Below are positions 38,654 to 49,563 of a DNA stretch of 64,000 nucleotides, piece by piece. Both the position numbers and the translations under genes were made by a program. The stretch is taken from assembly GCF_056746865.1 (NCBI RefSeq), contig NZ_CM163382.1; one strand, written 5' to 3'. The notes under the pieces were generated by a model. That model made no database searches. It saw only the letters and a list, made by a program, of their open reading frames with translations, and was not told where the DNA came from. Numbering within the stretch: position 1 is the first letter of the stretch; every line of letters begins with the position of its first letter.

Positions 38654-40633
38654 TCAGAAGCGATAATCCACTGCCATAAAGTAACGACGTCCGTCTTCGT
38701 TATAGCTGTAGTCGTCACGACTGAGATCCTTGTCGCCAAGGTTCAGCACGCCTGCGCGCAGTTTGACGTCTTTAGTCACCTGCCAGGCCGCGCCGGTATT
38801 CCAGATGGTATAACCGCCAGGTGTTTTAGCCGTCGCGCTGTCGGCTCGTTTCTGCCCGGTATAGTGACCAGAAACATAGAATGACCAGTCTTCCAGCGCC
38901 AGCGGTTTCCAGTCCAGCGTACCGTTAGCGGTATGGAACGGCAGATCGGATAGCGGTTTGTTTTCGCCGTTGCTGACATCACGACCATCGTTGTAGGTGT
39001 AGTTGAGTGACAGTTTCCATTCATCGTTGAACGGAATTTTCAGTTCGGTTTCCACGCCCTGAATACGAGCTTTGTTAACGTTGTAGTAGCTAAATACCGG
39101 CACACCGTTCGCTGTAAAACCAACAAAGTTTTGGTAGCCCGGTGCAGCATTGACGTCAGACGTACGGCTGATGCTGATACGATCTTTCACATCGTTACGG
39201 AAAACGGTAACGCTGGATTCAACCCCTTCCAGCCAGCCTTCTTCACCCATGTAGTAAAGCCCCAGCTCCCAACTTTCGCTGGTTTCTGGTTTCAGATCCG
39301 GGCTACCCACAATCTTACATGCGCCACGGCAGGAATTGCTCGTCCAGTCAGGGCTAAGTTGCAACAGAGAAGGTGCTTTAAATGCCGTCGCCCAGCCCCC
39401 TTTCACCGTTACGGTGTCGGTGGCGTTATAAACCAGGTAGGCACGCGGACTCCAGTGTTCACCGTAGGTTTCGTGATCGTCCATACGCACGCCGGTCGTC
39501 AGCGCCAGCGGCTCGAAGATCCGCCATTCATCTTCCACAAACAGCGCGTACTGGCTGGCAGACGTTTTGGAGCTGGTTCCCCCGGTCAGGTTCACCGCAT
39601 CGCTAAGTTTGTCGTGACGCCATTCACCGCCAACCGTGAGAAACTGATTAATCGCCGTCAGCGGCAACGTGTATTTGCCGTCGACCGTATTGCTTTCGGA
39701 AGTTATCGGGCTGCTGTTGCCAGGGTTTTTGTTCTCGACTTTCTCACCGTAGTATTTCAGTTCGCTGGTGCCGTAATCCCAACGCCCATTATGGCTGACG
39801 GAGTAGTTCTAGCGTTCCAGGCGGTTTTTGTCCAGCGAGTCGGAATCACGATCCTGACGGTCGAAACCGTATCCGGCAGTAAAATCGTGATTTTGATTCG
39901 GTGTCCAGGCAAATTCGACATTGCCGTCGCGGCTGGAGAATCCTTCAATACGCGGCGTATCTCCGGTATCGGTGGTCGTTGAGTTTTGCGGGTCATCCTT
40001 TTCACGTTTTGCCAGGCTGCCGTAAGCTTTCATTCCCAGCACACCATCAATTAATGGTCCACTGGTAAAGAACTGACCGTTATAGGTATCACCGCGATCG
40101 CGATGTTCCTGAATGGTGGTATCGACGGTAACGGTACCCGACCATTTCTGACCGATTTTTTTGGTGATGATATTCACTACACCGCCGAGCGCATCGGAAC
40201 CGTACAGCGACGACATCGGGCCACGGACCACTTCAATACGTTCGATGGAATCGACCGGGATCCAGTTCAGATCGAAATCATTGTGGCGGAAGACGGCATT
40301 GCGGGAGTTAACGCGTTTACCGTCGACAAGAATCAGGGTGTAGCTGCTGTCCAGACCACGAATACTAACGCCCTTACGGTTATCCCCTTCGTTCGTCAGT
40401 TGTACGCCAGGCACTTCTTTGAGGACATCCTTCAGATTCTGTACCGGTTTTCGCTGCAGGTCTTCCTGGGTAATGACGCTGATACTGGCGGGTGCATCTT
40501 TAAGGTTTTGTTCAACGGAAGATGCAGTGACAACCATCGTTTCGCCATCATCATCGACCGCTAACACAGGCCATGCACAAGAAATAGCGGACAAACACAG
40601 CCCGACCCGTACGAAAGGGTTCAACCTAAACAT
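38654..40633 (-). pseudogene. cirA: TonB-dependent catecholate siderophore / colicin I receptor, interrupted by an in-frame TAG (minus-strand codon at 39809-39811)
   Basis: Two ORFs (39809..40633 and 38654..39667) lie in one frame across 1980 nt; translation reads ...[17 protein letters not shown]...; N-terminus [25 protein letters not shown] and C-terminal ...YFMAVDYRF are typical of a TonB-dependent receptor. Confidence 0.8.
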
Positions 40634-40799
40634 TCCATATCTCCATGAGGTAACTACGAAAATAAAATGGGTTATCGCTCACATCTTCTTCACGTCCCCT
40701 TGCGTACGGCAGCATCGCGGTGGACTTATTTGTATGCAGGTGATCATCCCAGAAAGCCGGAACAGCCTCTGATTTGTCAGCCTTTTTTGATTGCGGCGT

Positions 40800-40845
40800 A
40801 ACGATAATGCAAACGATAACAATTATCAATCCAAATGATAAATTT
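40800..40845 (-). promoter_or_regulatory. Putative Fur box(es) in the cirA promoter region
   Basis: GATAATGCAAACGATAACAATTATCAATCC resembles the GATAATGATAATCATTATC Fur consensus; about 170-200 bp upstream of the cirA start. Confidence 0.55.
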
Positions 40846-40880
40846 TATATCCGCATGATTTGTCAGGGAAATGGAATTGA

Positions 40881-40904
40881 AAAAGCCCTCTCGGTTGAGA
40901 GGGC
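40881..40904 (-). terminator. Putative intrinsic terminator of lysP
   Basis: GCCCTCTC-GGTT-GAGAGGGC hairpin followed by UUUUU on the minus strand, about 20 bp after the lysP stop. Confidence 0.65.
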
Positions 40905-40925
40905 TTAGCAAGGAAGGGAGGAAAC

Positions 40926-42395
40926 TTATTTCTTATCGTTCTGCGGGAACTTCATTTCGCTGTAACGTACGAAGTGTGTTCCTTTAATCAGCTTGTAGCC
41001 GAACCAAATAATCAGGAACAGCGGGATACCAATATACGTTGCCGCTACGCCGCCCCAGTCAATGGTATCTTTCAGGAACGCTTCGTAGTTCTGGCCTAAA
41101 GTGATAATCAGACACAGAATGAATGCGAAGATCGGCCCCAGTGGGAAGAAACCTGAACGGTACGGCAGATCGTTAATGTCGTGTCCCTGCAATACGTAAC
41201 CGCGACGGAAGCGATAGTGGCTAATGGCAATCCCCAGCCAGGCGATAAAACCGGTCATCCCGGAGGTGTTCAGCAGCCACAGGTATACCGTCTGGTTGCC
41301 AAACATGGAGGTCAGGAAGCACAGACCGGCAATCACCGTCGTCGCATACAGCGCATTACGCGGCACGCCACCACGCGACAGTTTAGCGAAAATGCGCGGC
41401 GCTTTACCGTCACACGCCAGGGTGTACAGCATACGAGTAGACGCATACATACCGGAGTTACCCGCTGACAGCACCGCCGTCAGAATAACTGCATTCATCA
41501 CCGCCGCCGCAGAGAGCAGACCCGCGTGCTGGAACACCAGGGTGAACGGACTAACGCTGATGTCTTTAACATCGTTACGCAGCAGGCTCGGATCGGTGTA
41601 CGGAATAATCAGGCTGATAATCAGGATCGCGAACACATAGAACAACAGGATTCGCCAGAACACCTGACGTACCGCGCGTGGAATGTTTTTCGCCGGATCT
41701 TCGGACTCGCCTGCAGCAATACCGATCAGCTCGGTTCCCTGGAAAGAGAAGCCGACAATCATAGCTACGCCGATCATCGCCGCAAAACCACCAGCAAACG
41801 GCGCTTCGCCGATTGTCCAGTTGCTCCAGCCCGCAGGCTGCGCGCCTTTGAAGATACCGATAATCATCAGCACGCCAACGATGATAAAGACAATAACTGT
41901 CGTGACTTTGATCAGTGAGAACCAGTATTCCGCTTCACCAAAGCCGCGAACTGAGATGTAGTTCAGCAGGAAGATAACGCCGAGGAACAGCGCACTCCAG
42001 ATCCAGCCCGGTGTATCCGGGAACCACCAGCTCATGACCAGCTGAGCTGCAACCAGGTCAACGGCGATAGTCACCGCCCAGTTGTACCAGTAGTTCCAGC
42101 CCAGCGCGAAGCCAAAGCCTTCTTCAACATAGTTCTGACCGTAAGTGGCAAACGAACCGGAAACCGGCATATATGCAGCCAGTTCACCGAGACTGGTCAT
42201 CAGGAAGTAAACCATCAGGCCAATCAACATATACGAGAGCAATGCCCCGCCCGGACCTGCCTGAGAAATCGTTGCGCCAGAGGCAACAAAAAGACCTGTA
42301 CCGATGGAACCGCCAATGGCAATCATCGTCAGGTGACGCGCCTTTAATTCACGGCGTAAGCCCGGCGCTTCTGTAGTTTTAGTTTCGGAACCCAT
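40926..42395 (-). CDS. lysP: lysine-specific permease (APC family)
   Basis: 489-aa 12-TM ORF. Confidence 0.9.
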   Translation of the reverse strand: MGSETKTTEAPGLRRELKARHLTMIAIGGSIGTGLFVASGATISQAGPGGALLSYMLIGLMVYFLMTSLGELAAYMPVSGSFATYGQNYVEEGFGFALGWNYWYNWAVTIAVDLVAAQLVMSWWFPDTPGWIWSALFLGVIFLLNYISVRGFGEAEYWFSLIKVTTVIVFIIVGVLMIIGIFKGAQPAGWSNWTIGEAPFAGGFAAMIGVAMIVGFSFQGTELIGIAAGESEDPAKNIPRAVRQVFWRILLFYVFAILIISLIIPYTDPSLLRNDVKDISVSPFTLVFQHAGLLSAAAVMNAVILTAVLSAGNSGMYASTRMLYTLACDGKAPRIFAKLSRGGVPRNALYATTVIAGLCFLTSMFGNQTVYLWLLNTSGMTGFIAWLGIAISHYRFRRGYVLQGHDINDLPYRSGFFPLGPIFAFILCLIITLGQNYEAFLKDTIDWGGVAATYIGIPLFLIIWFGYKLIKGTHFVRYSEMKFPQNDKK

Positions 42396-42599
42396 ACAAA
42401 AATGCTATCCATCTTAAAAATGAGGCGCGATTGTAGCAGACGATTGGCAATCCTTCCGGCAGAAATACACGGTTATAAGACACCTTCATGATCGCCCAGG
42501 GATTATAAGTAAAGCAGCCAATCTCTTTTCTGGCGAATGCATGCTGAGGGCGCTGCGTCACGAAATCGACACAGCACCAGCATGTTCTTGTACAGCAAC

Positions 42600-43481
42600 T
42601 TAACGCGGTACATTCGCGGGATCGCAATAGTCCAGAAAGCGCCGTAGCGCGTTGGAAAGGTGTTTTTGCCGATGATGTATACGCCACAACGTACGCATCA
42701 GGCGCGGCAGAGGGACCGCAACTTCACTTAATGTGCCTGCCTGCAATTGATCTTCAATCACCCGCCGCGACAGGCAACTAATTCCCAACCCATGACGCAC
42801 CGCATGTTTGATTGCCTCGGAGTTACCTAATTCCATCGCCATCTCAAACTTCGGTAAATGTGACAGCAACAGATAATCGACAATCTCCCGCGTGCCGGAG
42901 CCGCGTTCACGCAGGATCCACGGCGCAGCGGCCAGCTGTTCTAAGGTGACAGGTCCACGAGCCAATGGCGAAGTCGGCGCGGCGAAAACCACCAGCTCGT
43001 CTTCCAGCCACGGTTCAGAAATGATTTCAGTGCTGTGGCACGGTCCTTCAATAAAGCCAATATCAACGCGGAAATCCAGCACCGCTTGCATCACGTCCTG
43101 GCTGTTCCCAACGCTAAGTTCAATCGGCAACTGCGGATAATCATGGCGATAACGGGCGATAACTGCAGGCAGAATGTAGTTACCGATGGTACTACTGGCA
43201 TAGATACGAATCGCACCGTTGTCTTCGCGAAACAGTTGTTCGATTTCGATCGCCTGTTCAAGCAGTGCCAACGCACGCGGATAGAGCAGTCGCCCGTGTT
43301 CATTAACTACCAGTCTTTTCCCCACGCGATCAAACAGTTGCACGCCAAGCTGCCCTTCCAGGTCGGTCAAGGCTGCGCTCACTGCTGATTGCGACAACGC
43401 CAGCATCACCGACGCCTGGGTGGTTGATCCACTTTTCAATACTTCTGCAAAAACTTCCAACTGCCGGAGGGTGATGTGCAT
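42600..43481 (-). CDS. yeiE: LysR-family transcriptional regulator
   Basis: 293-aa ORF with N-terminal HTH, divergent from yeiH. Confidence 0.85.
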   Translation of the reverse strand: MHITLRQLEVFAEVLKSGSTTQASVMLALSQSAVSAALTDLEGQLGVQLFDRVGKRLVVNEHGRLLYPRALALLEQAIEIEQLFREDNGAIRIYASSTIGNYILPAVIARYRHDYPQLPIELSVGNSQDVMQAVLDFRVDIGFIEGPCHSTEIISEPWLEDELVVFAAPTSPLARGPVTLEQLAAAPWILRERGSGTREIVDYLLLSHLPKFEMAMELGNSEAIKHAVRHGLGISCLSRRVIEDQLQAGTLSEVAVPLPRLMRTLWRIHHRQKHLSNALRRFLDYCDPANVPR

Positions 43482-43579
43482 AGTCGCTTACCACTTATAA
43501 AGATTAATTATAAATATATAATCAATTTTATTTTTAAACCAGTTAGTCGTAACCTTATGCCCGGTTAAAGGAGAGGGTT

Positions 43580-44629
43580 ATGACGAATATCACCTTACAG
43601 AAACAACATCGTACACTGTGGCATTTTATTCCGGGGTTAGCCCTGAGTGCAGTTATCACCGGGGTCGCCCTGTGGGGTGGTTCCATTCCCGCGGTTGCGG
43701 GTGCCGGGTTTAGTGCCCTCACCCTCGCAATCTTGTTGGGGATGGTTTTAGGCAACACCATCTATCCGCACATCTGGAAAAGCTGTGACGGTGGTGTGCT
43801 GTTTGCCAAGCAATATTTATTACGTCTGGGTATCATTCTTTATGGCTTCCGTCTGACGTTCTCGCAAATTGCCGATGTCGGTATCAGTGGGATCATCATT
43901 GACGTGTTGACGCTGTCCAGTACCTTCCTGCTGGCTTGCTTCCTGGGGCAGAAAGTGTTTGGTCTGGATAAGCACACCAGCTGGTTGATCGGTGCCGGTA
44001 GCAGTATCTGTGGTGCTGCCGCGGTACTGGCGACTGAGCCGGTAGTGAAAGCGGAAGCCAGTAAAGTAACCGTGGCTGTTGCAACCGTTGTTATCTTCGG
44101 GACCGTCGCGATTTTCCTCTACCCGGCGATATATCCGCTGATGTCTCAATGGTTTAGTCCGGAAACTTTCGGTATCTACATTGGTTCTACTGTGCACGAA
44201 GTGGCGCAGGTGGTGGCGGCAGGTCATGCCATCAGCCCGGATGCAGAAAACGCAGCAGTTATTTCCAAAATGCTGCGCGTGATGATGCTGGCTCCGTTCC
44301 TCATCCTGCTGGCGGCGCGTGTTAAACAGCTGTCTGGGGCGAACAGCGGCGAGAAAAGCAAAATCACTATTCCGTGGTTTGCCATCTTGTTCATCGTAGT
44401 TGCCATCTTTAACTCGTTCCACCTGTTACCGCAGAGCGTGGTGAACATGCTGGTAACGCTGGATACCTTCCTGCTGGCAATGGCGATGGCGGCGCTGGGT
44501 CTGACCACTCACGTCAGCGCACTGAAAAAAGCCGGGGCGAAACCTCTGCTGATGGCACTGGTACTGTTTGCCTGGCTGATTGTTGGTGGTGGTGCGATTA
44601 ACTATGTGATTCAAAGCGTCATCGCATAA
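43580..44629 (+). CDS. yeiH: PSE/YeiH-family inner membrane protein
   Basis: 349-aa multi-TM ORF. Confidence 0.8.
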   Translation: MTNITLQKQHRTLWHFIPGLALSAVITGVALWGGSIPAVAGAGFSALTLAILLGMVLGNTIYPHIWKSCDGGVLFAKQYLLRLGIILYGFRLTFSQIADVGISGIIIDVLTLSSTFLLACFLGQKVFGLDKHTSWLIGAGSSICGAAAVLATEPVVKAEASKVTVAVATVVIFGTVAIFLYPAIYPLMSQWFSPETFGIYIGSTVHEVAQVVAAGHAISPDAENAAVISKMLRVMMLAPFLILLAARVKQLSGANSGEKSKITIPWFAILFIVVAIFNSFHLLPQSVVNMLVTLDTFLLAMAMAALGLTTHVSALKKAGAKPLLMALVLFAWLIVGGGAINYVIQSVIA

Positions 44630-44702
44630 ACCACTACATCTTGCTCCTGTTAACCCGCTATCATTACCGTTTTCCTCCAGCGGGTTTAACAGGAGTCCTC
44701 GC

Positions 44703-45560
44703 ATGAAATACATTGGAGCGCACGTTAGTGCTGCTGGCGGTCTGGCAAATGCCGCAATTCGCGCCGCCGAAATCGACGCAACCGCGTTTGCCTTGTTCAC
44801 CAAAAACCAACGTCAGTGGCGTGCCGCACCGCTCACGACGCAAACCATCGATGAATTCAAAGCCGCCTGTGAAAAATATCACTACACATCGGCGCAAATT
44901 CTTCCCCACGACAGTTATCTGATTAACCTCGGACATCCGGTCGCTGAAGCTCTGGAAAAATCGCGCGATGCGTTTATAGATGAAATGCAGCGTTGCGAAC
45001 AGCTGGGGCTTTCTTTGCTCAACTTCCACCCTGGCAGCCATCTGATGCAGATTTCAGAAGAGGATTGCCTTGCGCGTATTGCCGAATCCATCAACATTGC
45101 GCTGGATAAAACTCAAGGTGTGACAGCGGTGATTGAAAACACCGCCGGTCAGGGCAGTAACTTAGGGTTTAAATTCGAACATCTCGCGGCGATTATCGAC
45201 GGCGTGGAAGATAAATCCCGCGTCGGCGTCTGCATTGATACCTGCCATGCTTTTGCTGCCGGGTATGATTTGCGTACTCCAGCCGAATGCGAGAAAACGT
45301 TCGCGGATTTTGCCCGTATTGTCGGCTTTAAGTATCTGCGCGGGATGCACCTTAACGATGCGAAAAGCACCTTTGGCAGCCGCGTTGACCGCCATCATAG
45401 CCTCGGTGAAGGCAATATCGGTCATGATGCGTTCCGCTGGATCATGCAGGACGACCGTTTCGACGGCATTCCGCTGATCCTTGAAACCATCAACCCGGAT
45501 ATCTGGGCAGAAGAGATCGCCTGGCTGAAAGCGCAACAAACTGAAAAAGCGGTAGCCTGA
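44703..45560 (+). CDS. nfo: endonuclease IV
   Basis: 285-aa [20 protein letters not shown]... Confidence 0.95.
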   Translation: MKYIGAHVSAAGGLANAAIRAAEIDATAFALFTKNQRQWRAAPLTTQTIDEFKAACEKYHYTSAQILPHDSYLINLGHPVAEALEKSRDAFIDEMQRCEQLGLSLLNFHPGSHLMQISEEDCLARIAESINIALDKTQGVTAVIENTAGQGSNLGFKFEHLAAIIDGVEDKSRVGVCIDTCHAFAAGYDLRTPAECEKTFADFARIVGFKYLRGMHLNDAKSTFGSRVDRHHSLGEGNIGHDAFRWIMQDDRFDGIPLILETINPDIWAEEIAWLKAQQTEKAVA

Positions 45561-45562
45561 AG

Positions 45563-46651
45563 ATGAACAACCGGGAGAAGGAGATCCTTGCAATTTTACG
45601 GCGTAACCCGCTGATTCAGCAGAACGAAATTGCTGATATGCTGCAAATCAGCCGTTCGCGCGTTGCGGCGCATATTATGGATTTAATGCGCAAAGGTCGA
45701 ATTAAAGGCAAAGGTTACATTCTCACCGAGCAGGAATACTGCGTAGTGGTGGGGACAATCAATATGGATATTCGCGGGATGGCGGATATCCGTTACCCGC
45801 AAGCGGCTTCTCATCCCGGTACCATTAATTGCTCGGCAGGCGGCGTTGGACGCAATATCGCCCACAATCTGGCGCTGTTAGGCCGCGACGTCCATTTGCT
45901 TTCAGTGATTGGCGATGACTTTTATGGCGAAATGCTCCTGGAAGAAACGCGCCGCGCCGGCGTGAATGTCTCCGGCTGCGTTCGTTTACATGGTCAAAGC
46001 ACATCGACGTATCTGGCAATTGCCAATCGAGACGATCAAACCGTGCTGGCGATTAACGATACCCATCTGCTGGATCAGTTGACACCGCAACTACTGAACG
46101 GGTCGCGCGATTTACTTCGTCATGCGGGCGTGGTACTGGCTGATTGCAACCTGACAGCCGAGGCGCTGGAGTGGGTCTTTACCCTCGCTGATGAGATCCC
46201 GGTGTTTGTCGATACCGTTTCAGAATTCAAAGCGGGCAAAATCAAACACTGGCTGGCGCATATTCACACCCTGAAACCCACTTTACCGGAGCTGGAAATT
46301 TTATGGGGACAGGCGATCACCAGCGATGCTGACCGTAATGCCGCAGTGAATGCGTTGCATCAGCAAGGCGTTCAGCAACTGTTTGTTTATTTGCCCGATG
46401 AGTCAGTTTATTGCAGCGAAAAGGATGGAGAGCAATTTTTGCTGACCGCGCCAGCGCATACGACAGTAGACAGTTTTGGTGCTGACGATGGTTTTATGGC
46501 GGGCCTGGTATATAGCTTTCTGGAGGGAAACAATTTCCGTGACAGCGCCCGTTTTGCGATGGCCTGCGCGGCAATTTCACGCGCCAGCGGCAGCTTAAAC
46601 AACCCTACCCTGTCTGCCGATAACGCGCTGTCATTAGTGCCAATGGTGTAA
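45563..46651 (+). CDS. yeiI: PfkB-family carbohydrate/nucleoside kinase with N-terminal HTH domain
   Basis: 362-aa ORF 2 bp after nfo; N-terminal HTH (ILRRNPLIQQNEIADMLQISRSRVAAHI) followed by a PfkB kinase fold; paralogous to psuK. Confidence 0.8.
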   Translation: MNNREKEILAILRRNPLIQQNEIADMLQISRSRVAAHIMDLMRKGRIKGKGYILTEQEYCVVVGTINMDIRGMADIRYPQAASHPGTINCSAGGVGRNIAHNLALLGRDVHLLSVIGDDFYGEMLLEETRRAGVNVSGCVRLHGQSTSTYLAIANRDDQTVLAINDTHLLDQLTPQLLNGSRDLLRHAGVVLADCNLTAEALEWVFTLADEIPVFVDTVSEFKAGKIKHWLAHIHTLKPTLPELEILWGQAITSDADRNAAVNALHQQGVQQLFVYLPDESVYCSEKDGEQFLLTAPAHTTVDSFGADDGFMAGLVYSFLEGNNFRDSARFAMACAAISRASGSLNNPTLSADNALSLVPMV

Positions 46652-46654
46652 CAA

Positions 46655-46752
46655 TGTTGCCGGATGCGACGCTTAACGCGTCTTATCCGGCCTACAAATC
46701 AGGCAATTTCAGCAAGTAAATGTAGGCCTGATAAGCTTGCGCATCAGGCAAT
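46655..46752. repeat. REP pair (BIME-like) between convergent yeiI and nupX
   Basis: TTGCCGGATGCGACGCTTAACGCGTCTTATCCGGCCTAC and GTAGGCCTGATAAGCTTGCGCATCAGGCA. Confidence 0.8.
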
Positions 46753-46757
46753 GACAC

Positions 46758-48008
46758 TCAAGCTAAACCAATAAAGAACCCGGCAATGGTCGCACTCATC
46801 AAGTTGGAAAGCGTCGCCGCCGCCAGCGCGCGTAAACCAAGCTGGGCGATTTCCGGCGCACGGTGTGGCGCAACCGCAGAAAATGCGCCAACCACCACCC
46901 CGATAGAACCAAAGTTAGCGAAACCGCACAACGCGAAAGAAATAATCGCCACGGTTTTAGCATCCAGAGTGCCAGCTGTTTGCAGATAAGGTGAGAAATT
47001 GAGGTAAGCGACAAATTCATTTATTGCCAGCTTCTGTCCAATCAAACTCCCGGCAAGATTCGCATCACTCCAGTCAACCCCCATCACCCATGCCAGTGGA
47101 GCCAACAGGTAACCTAAAATGGACTCCAGCGAGGCATGTTCAAAACCAAACCAGCCGCCAACGCCGCCGATAATACCGTTAATCAACGCAATTATTGCAA
47201 CAAATGCCATCACCACTGTCGCCACACCTGCGGCGATTTTCAGCCCGGTCATTGCCCCTGTAGCGGCGGCTTCAATAATGCTTTTTGGCGGTGTTTCGGT
47301 GAAAGAGAGGTTATTAAAGGAAACCTGCGAAGATTCCGTAGCCGGGCTTAACAGGCGGGCAAACAAGATCCCGCCGGGGATCGCCATTAACGATGCCGCT
47401 AGCAGATATTCCACAGGCACGCCCAGTGCGGCGTAACCAATCATTGTCGAACCAGCAATCGAGGCCATGCCACTACAAATAGCCGTAAATAATTCATTGC
47501 GATTCAGACGATCGATAAAGGGTTTGACGATTGCCGGAATTTCGTTTTGCCCGAGGAAAATGGTAGTGACCGCGACGAATGACTCAATCTTGCTGATATT
47601 CAATGCTTTCTGGAATATACCGCCGAGAATGCGAATTAAGATCCCCATCACACCGATGTAGTAGAGAATACTCACCAGTGCTGTAACGAAGATAATTGCC
47701 GGTAATACCCTGAAACCAAAGATAAATCCAGCGCCATCAAATAAGGTGTCCATTTTCGGTCCGACCAGAGAACCAAAGATAAATGCGCTACCCGCGTCGC
47801 TGTACGCCATCACTTTATGCACGCCAAAAGCGACTTTTTCAGCGACCCAACGCCCTGGCGGTAACCAAAGCATAATGCCGCCAATCACGACCTGTAACAC
47901 TAACGCCGCGCCAACGGTACGCAGGCTGATCTTCTTCTTGTTTACTGACAGCAAAAACGCAATTGCCAGCAATACCACCATTCCCAGAACACTTCTCATG
48001 ACATCCAT
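46758..48008 (-). CDS. nupX: NupC-family nucleoside permease
   Basis: 416-aa multi-TM ORF; paralog of the ORF at 51258..52508. Confidence 0.85.
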   Translation of the reverse strand: MDVMRSVLGMVVLLAIAFLLSVNKKKISLRTVGAALVLQVVIGGIMLWLPPGRWVAEKVAFGVHKVMAYSDAGSAFIFGSLVGPKMDTLFDGAGFIFGFRVLPAIIFVTALVSILYYIGVMGILIRILGGIFQKALNISKIESFVAVTTIFLGQNEIPAIVKPFIDRLNRNELFTAICSGMASIAGSTMIGYAALGVPVEYLLAASLMAIPGGILFARLLSPATESSQVSFNNLSFTETPPKSIIEAAATGAMTGLKIAAGVATVVMAFVAIIALINGIIGGVGGWFGFEHASLESILGYLLAPLAWVMGVDWSDANLAGSLIGQKLAINEFVAYLNFSPYLQTAGTLDAKTVAIISFALCGFANFGSIGVVVGAFSAVAPHRAPEIAQLGLRALAAATLSNLMSATIAGFFIGLA

Positions 48009-48107
48009 AGTTATTATCTCTTCATGTCATTTTGGGCGACGGCTTTCTGCCCATCAGAAATAGCCGGGCCTGCATCTTGCGATACTGACCCGGCTTGTTA
48101 TCAACAC

Positions 48108-48252
48108 TTAATGGGTTTTGATGTAGCCGCGCACGCACTCTTCGACTAATCCCCAGAACCAGTCGGTATCAATAGTGATGCCGACTTTGGTATTAGCGGG
48201 CTTGCCAAGAACGCCCAGCTCGTCGCAGACAGTACGCCCATAGCAAGGGCCA
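48108..48252 (-). pseudogene. rihB: 3' fragment of pyrimidine-specific ribonucleoside hydrolase gene, separated from its 5' part by an IS insertion
   Basis: Minus-strand translation ...[47 protein letters not shown] continues exactly from the ...MYVEVDVNS end of the 5' fragment across the IS. Confidence 0.85.
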
Positions 48253-48307
48253 CTGAACCGCCCCGGAAATCCTGGAGACTAAACTCCCTGAGAAAGAGGT
48301 AAACAGG

Positions 48308-48634
48308 ATGACTAAAAATACTCGTTTTTCCCCCGAAGTCCGTCAGCGGGCGATTCGTATGGTTCTGGAAAGTCAGGATGAATATGACTCACAGTGGGCG
48401 GCAATTTGTTCCATTGCCCCAAAGATTGGCTGTACGCCGGAGACTCTGCGTGTCTGGGTTCGCCAGCATGAGCGGGATACCGGGGGCGGTGATGGTGGGC
48501 TCACCAGCGCTGAACGTCAGCGTCTGAAAGAGCTGGAACGTGAAAATCGTGAACTGCGCCGCAGTAACGATATCCTTCGCCAGGCTTCCGCTTATTTTGC
48601 GAAGGCGGAGTTCGACCGCCTCTGGAAAAAATGA
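48308..48634 (+). CDS. IS3-family transposase OrfA (HTH DNA-binding)
   Basis: 108-aa [26 protein letters not shown]... with leucine-zipper-like C-terminus; A6 run at its 3' end. Confidence 0.9.
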   Translation: MTKNTRFSPEVRQRAIRMVLESQDEYDSQWAAICSIAPKIGCTPETLRVWVRQHERDTGGGDGGLTSAERQRLKELERENRELRRSNDILRQASAYFAKAEFDRLWKK

Positions 48635-49521
48635 TGCCACTGCTGGATAAGCTGCGTGAGCAGTACGGGGTCGGACCGGTATGCAGCGAACTGCATATTG
48701 CCCCGTCAACGTATTACCATTGTCAGCAACAGCGACATCATCCGGATAAACGCAGTGCCCGTGCGCAGCACGACGACTGGCTGAAGAGAGAGATACAGCG
48801 CGTATACGATGAAAATCATCAGGTGTACGGTGTGCGTAAAGTCTGGCGTCAGTTGTTACGGGAAGGAATCAGGGTGGCCAGATGTACAGTGGCACGTCTC
48901 ATGGCGGTTATGGGACTTGCCGGTGTTCTCCGGGGTAAAAAGGTCCGTACGACCATCAGCCGGAAAGCCGTTGCCGCAGGCGACCGCGTAAACCGTCAGT
49001 TCGTGGCAGAACGACCTGACCAGCTGTGGGTGGCTGATTTTACTTACGTCAGCACATGGCAGGGCTTCGTCTATGTGGCGTTTATCATTGATGTGTTTGC
49101 CGGATACATCGTGGGGTGGCGGGTCTCATCGTCTATGGAAACGACATTCGTGCTGGATGCGCTGGAGCAGGCGTTGTGGGCCCGTCGTCCGTCTGGCACC
49201 ATCCATCACAGCGATAAAGGCTCTCAGTATGTGTCACTGGCCTATACGGAGCGACTAAAAGAAGCCGGATTACTGGCATCAACAGGGAGTACAGGCGACT
49301 CGTATGACAACGCGATGGCTGAGAGCATCAATGGTCTTTACAAAGCGGAGGTAATACACCGTAAGAGCTGGAAAAACCGTGCAGAAGTGGAACTGGCCAC
49401 ACTAACGTGGGTGGACTGGTATAACAATCGACGATTGCTGGGAAGGCTGGGCCATACTCCTCCGGCAGAAGCAGAAAAAGCTTATTATGCTTCCATCGGA
49501 AACGATGATCTGGCAGCCTGA
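48631..49521 (+). CDS. IS3-family transposase OrfB (DDE integrase catalytic domain)
   Basis: 296-aa ORF in the -1 frame relative to orfA, overlapping at AAAAAATGATG; DDE-type core; probably expressed as an OrfAB fusion by -1 frameshifting. Confidence 0.9.
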   Translation: MMPLLDKLREQYGVGPVCSELHIAPSTYYHCQQQRHHPDKRSARAQHDDWLKREIQRVYDENHQVYGVRKVWRQLLREGIRVARCTVARLMAVMGLAGVLRGKKVRTTISRKAVAAGDRVNRQFVAERPDQLWVADFTYVSTWQGFVYVAFIIDVFAGYIVGWRVSSSMETTFVLDALEQALWARRPSGTIHHSDKGSQYVSLAYTERLKEAGLLASTGSTGDSYDNAMAESINGLYKAEVIHRKSWKNRAEVELATLTWVDWYNNRRLLGRLGHTPPAEAEKAYYASIGNDDLAA

Positions 49522-49563
49522 GTTCACAGATAAAACACTCTCCAGGAAACCCGGGGCGGTTCA

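Larger units (their letters stand above)
48253..49563 (+). mobile_element. IS3-family insertion sequence (IS629/IS1203-like by recall), 1311 bp, imperfect terminal inverted repeats TGAACCGCCCCGG.../...CCGGGGCGGTTCA, flanked by a 3-bp direct repeat CAC
   Basis: Terminal inverted repeats read directly from the sequence; orfA/orfB in -1 frame arrangement; host gene rihB reconstitutes precisely when the element plus one CAC copy is removed. Confidence 0.9.

Noticed and set aside
39131-39982. 283-aa ORF on the plus strand
   Set aside because: Antisense to cirA; no start or RBS context and composition typical of a shadow ORF.
43820-44422. 200-aa ORF on the minus strand
   Set aside because: Antisense to the multi-TM yeiH ORF; shadow ORF.
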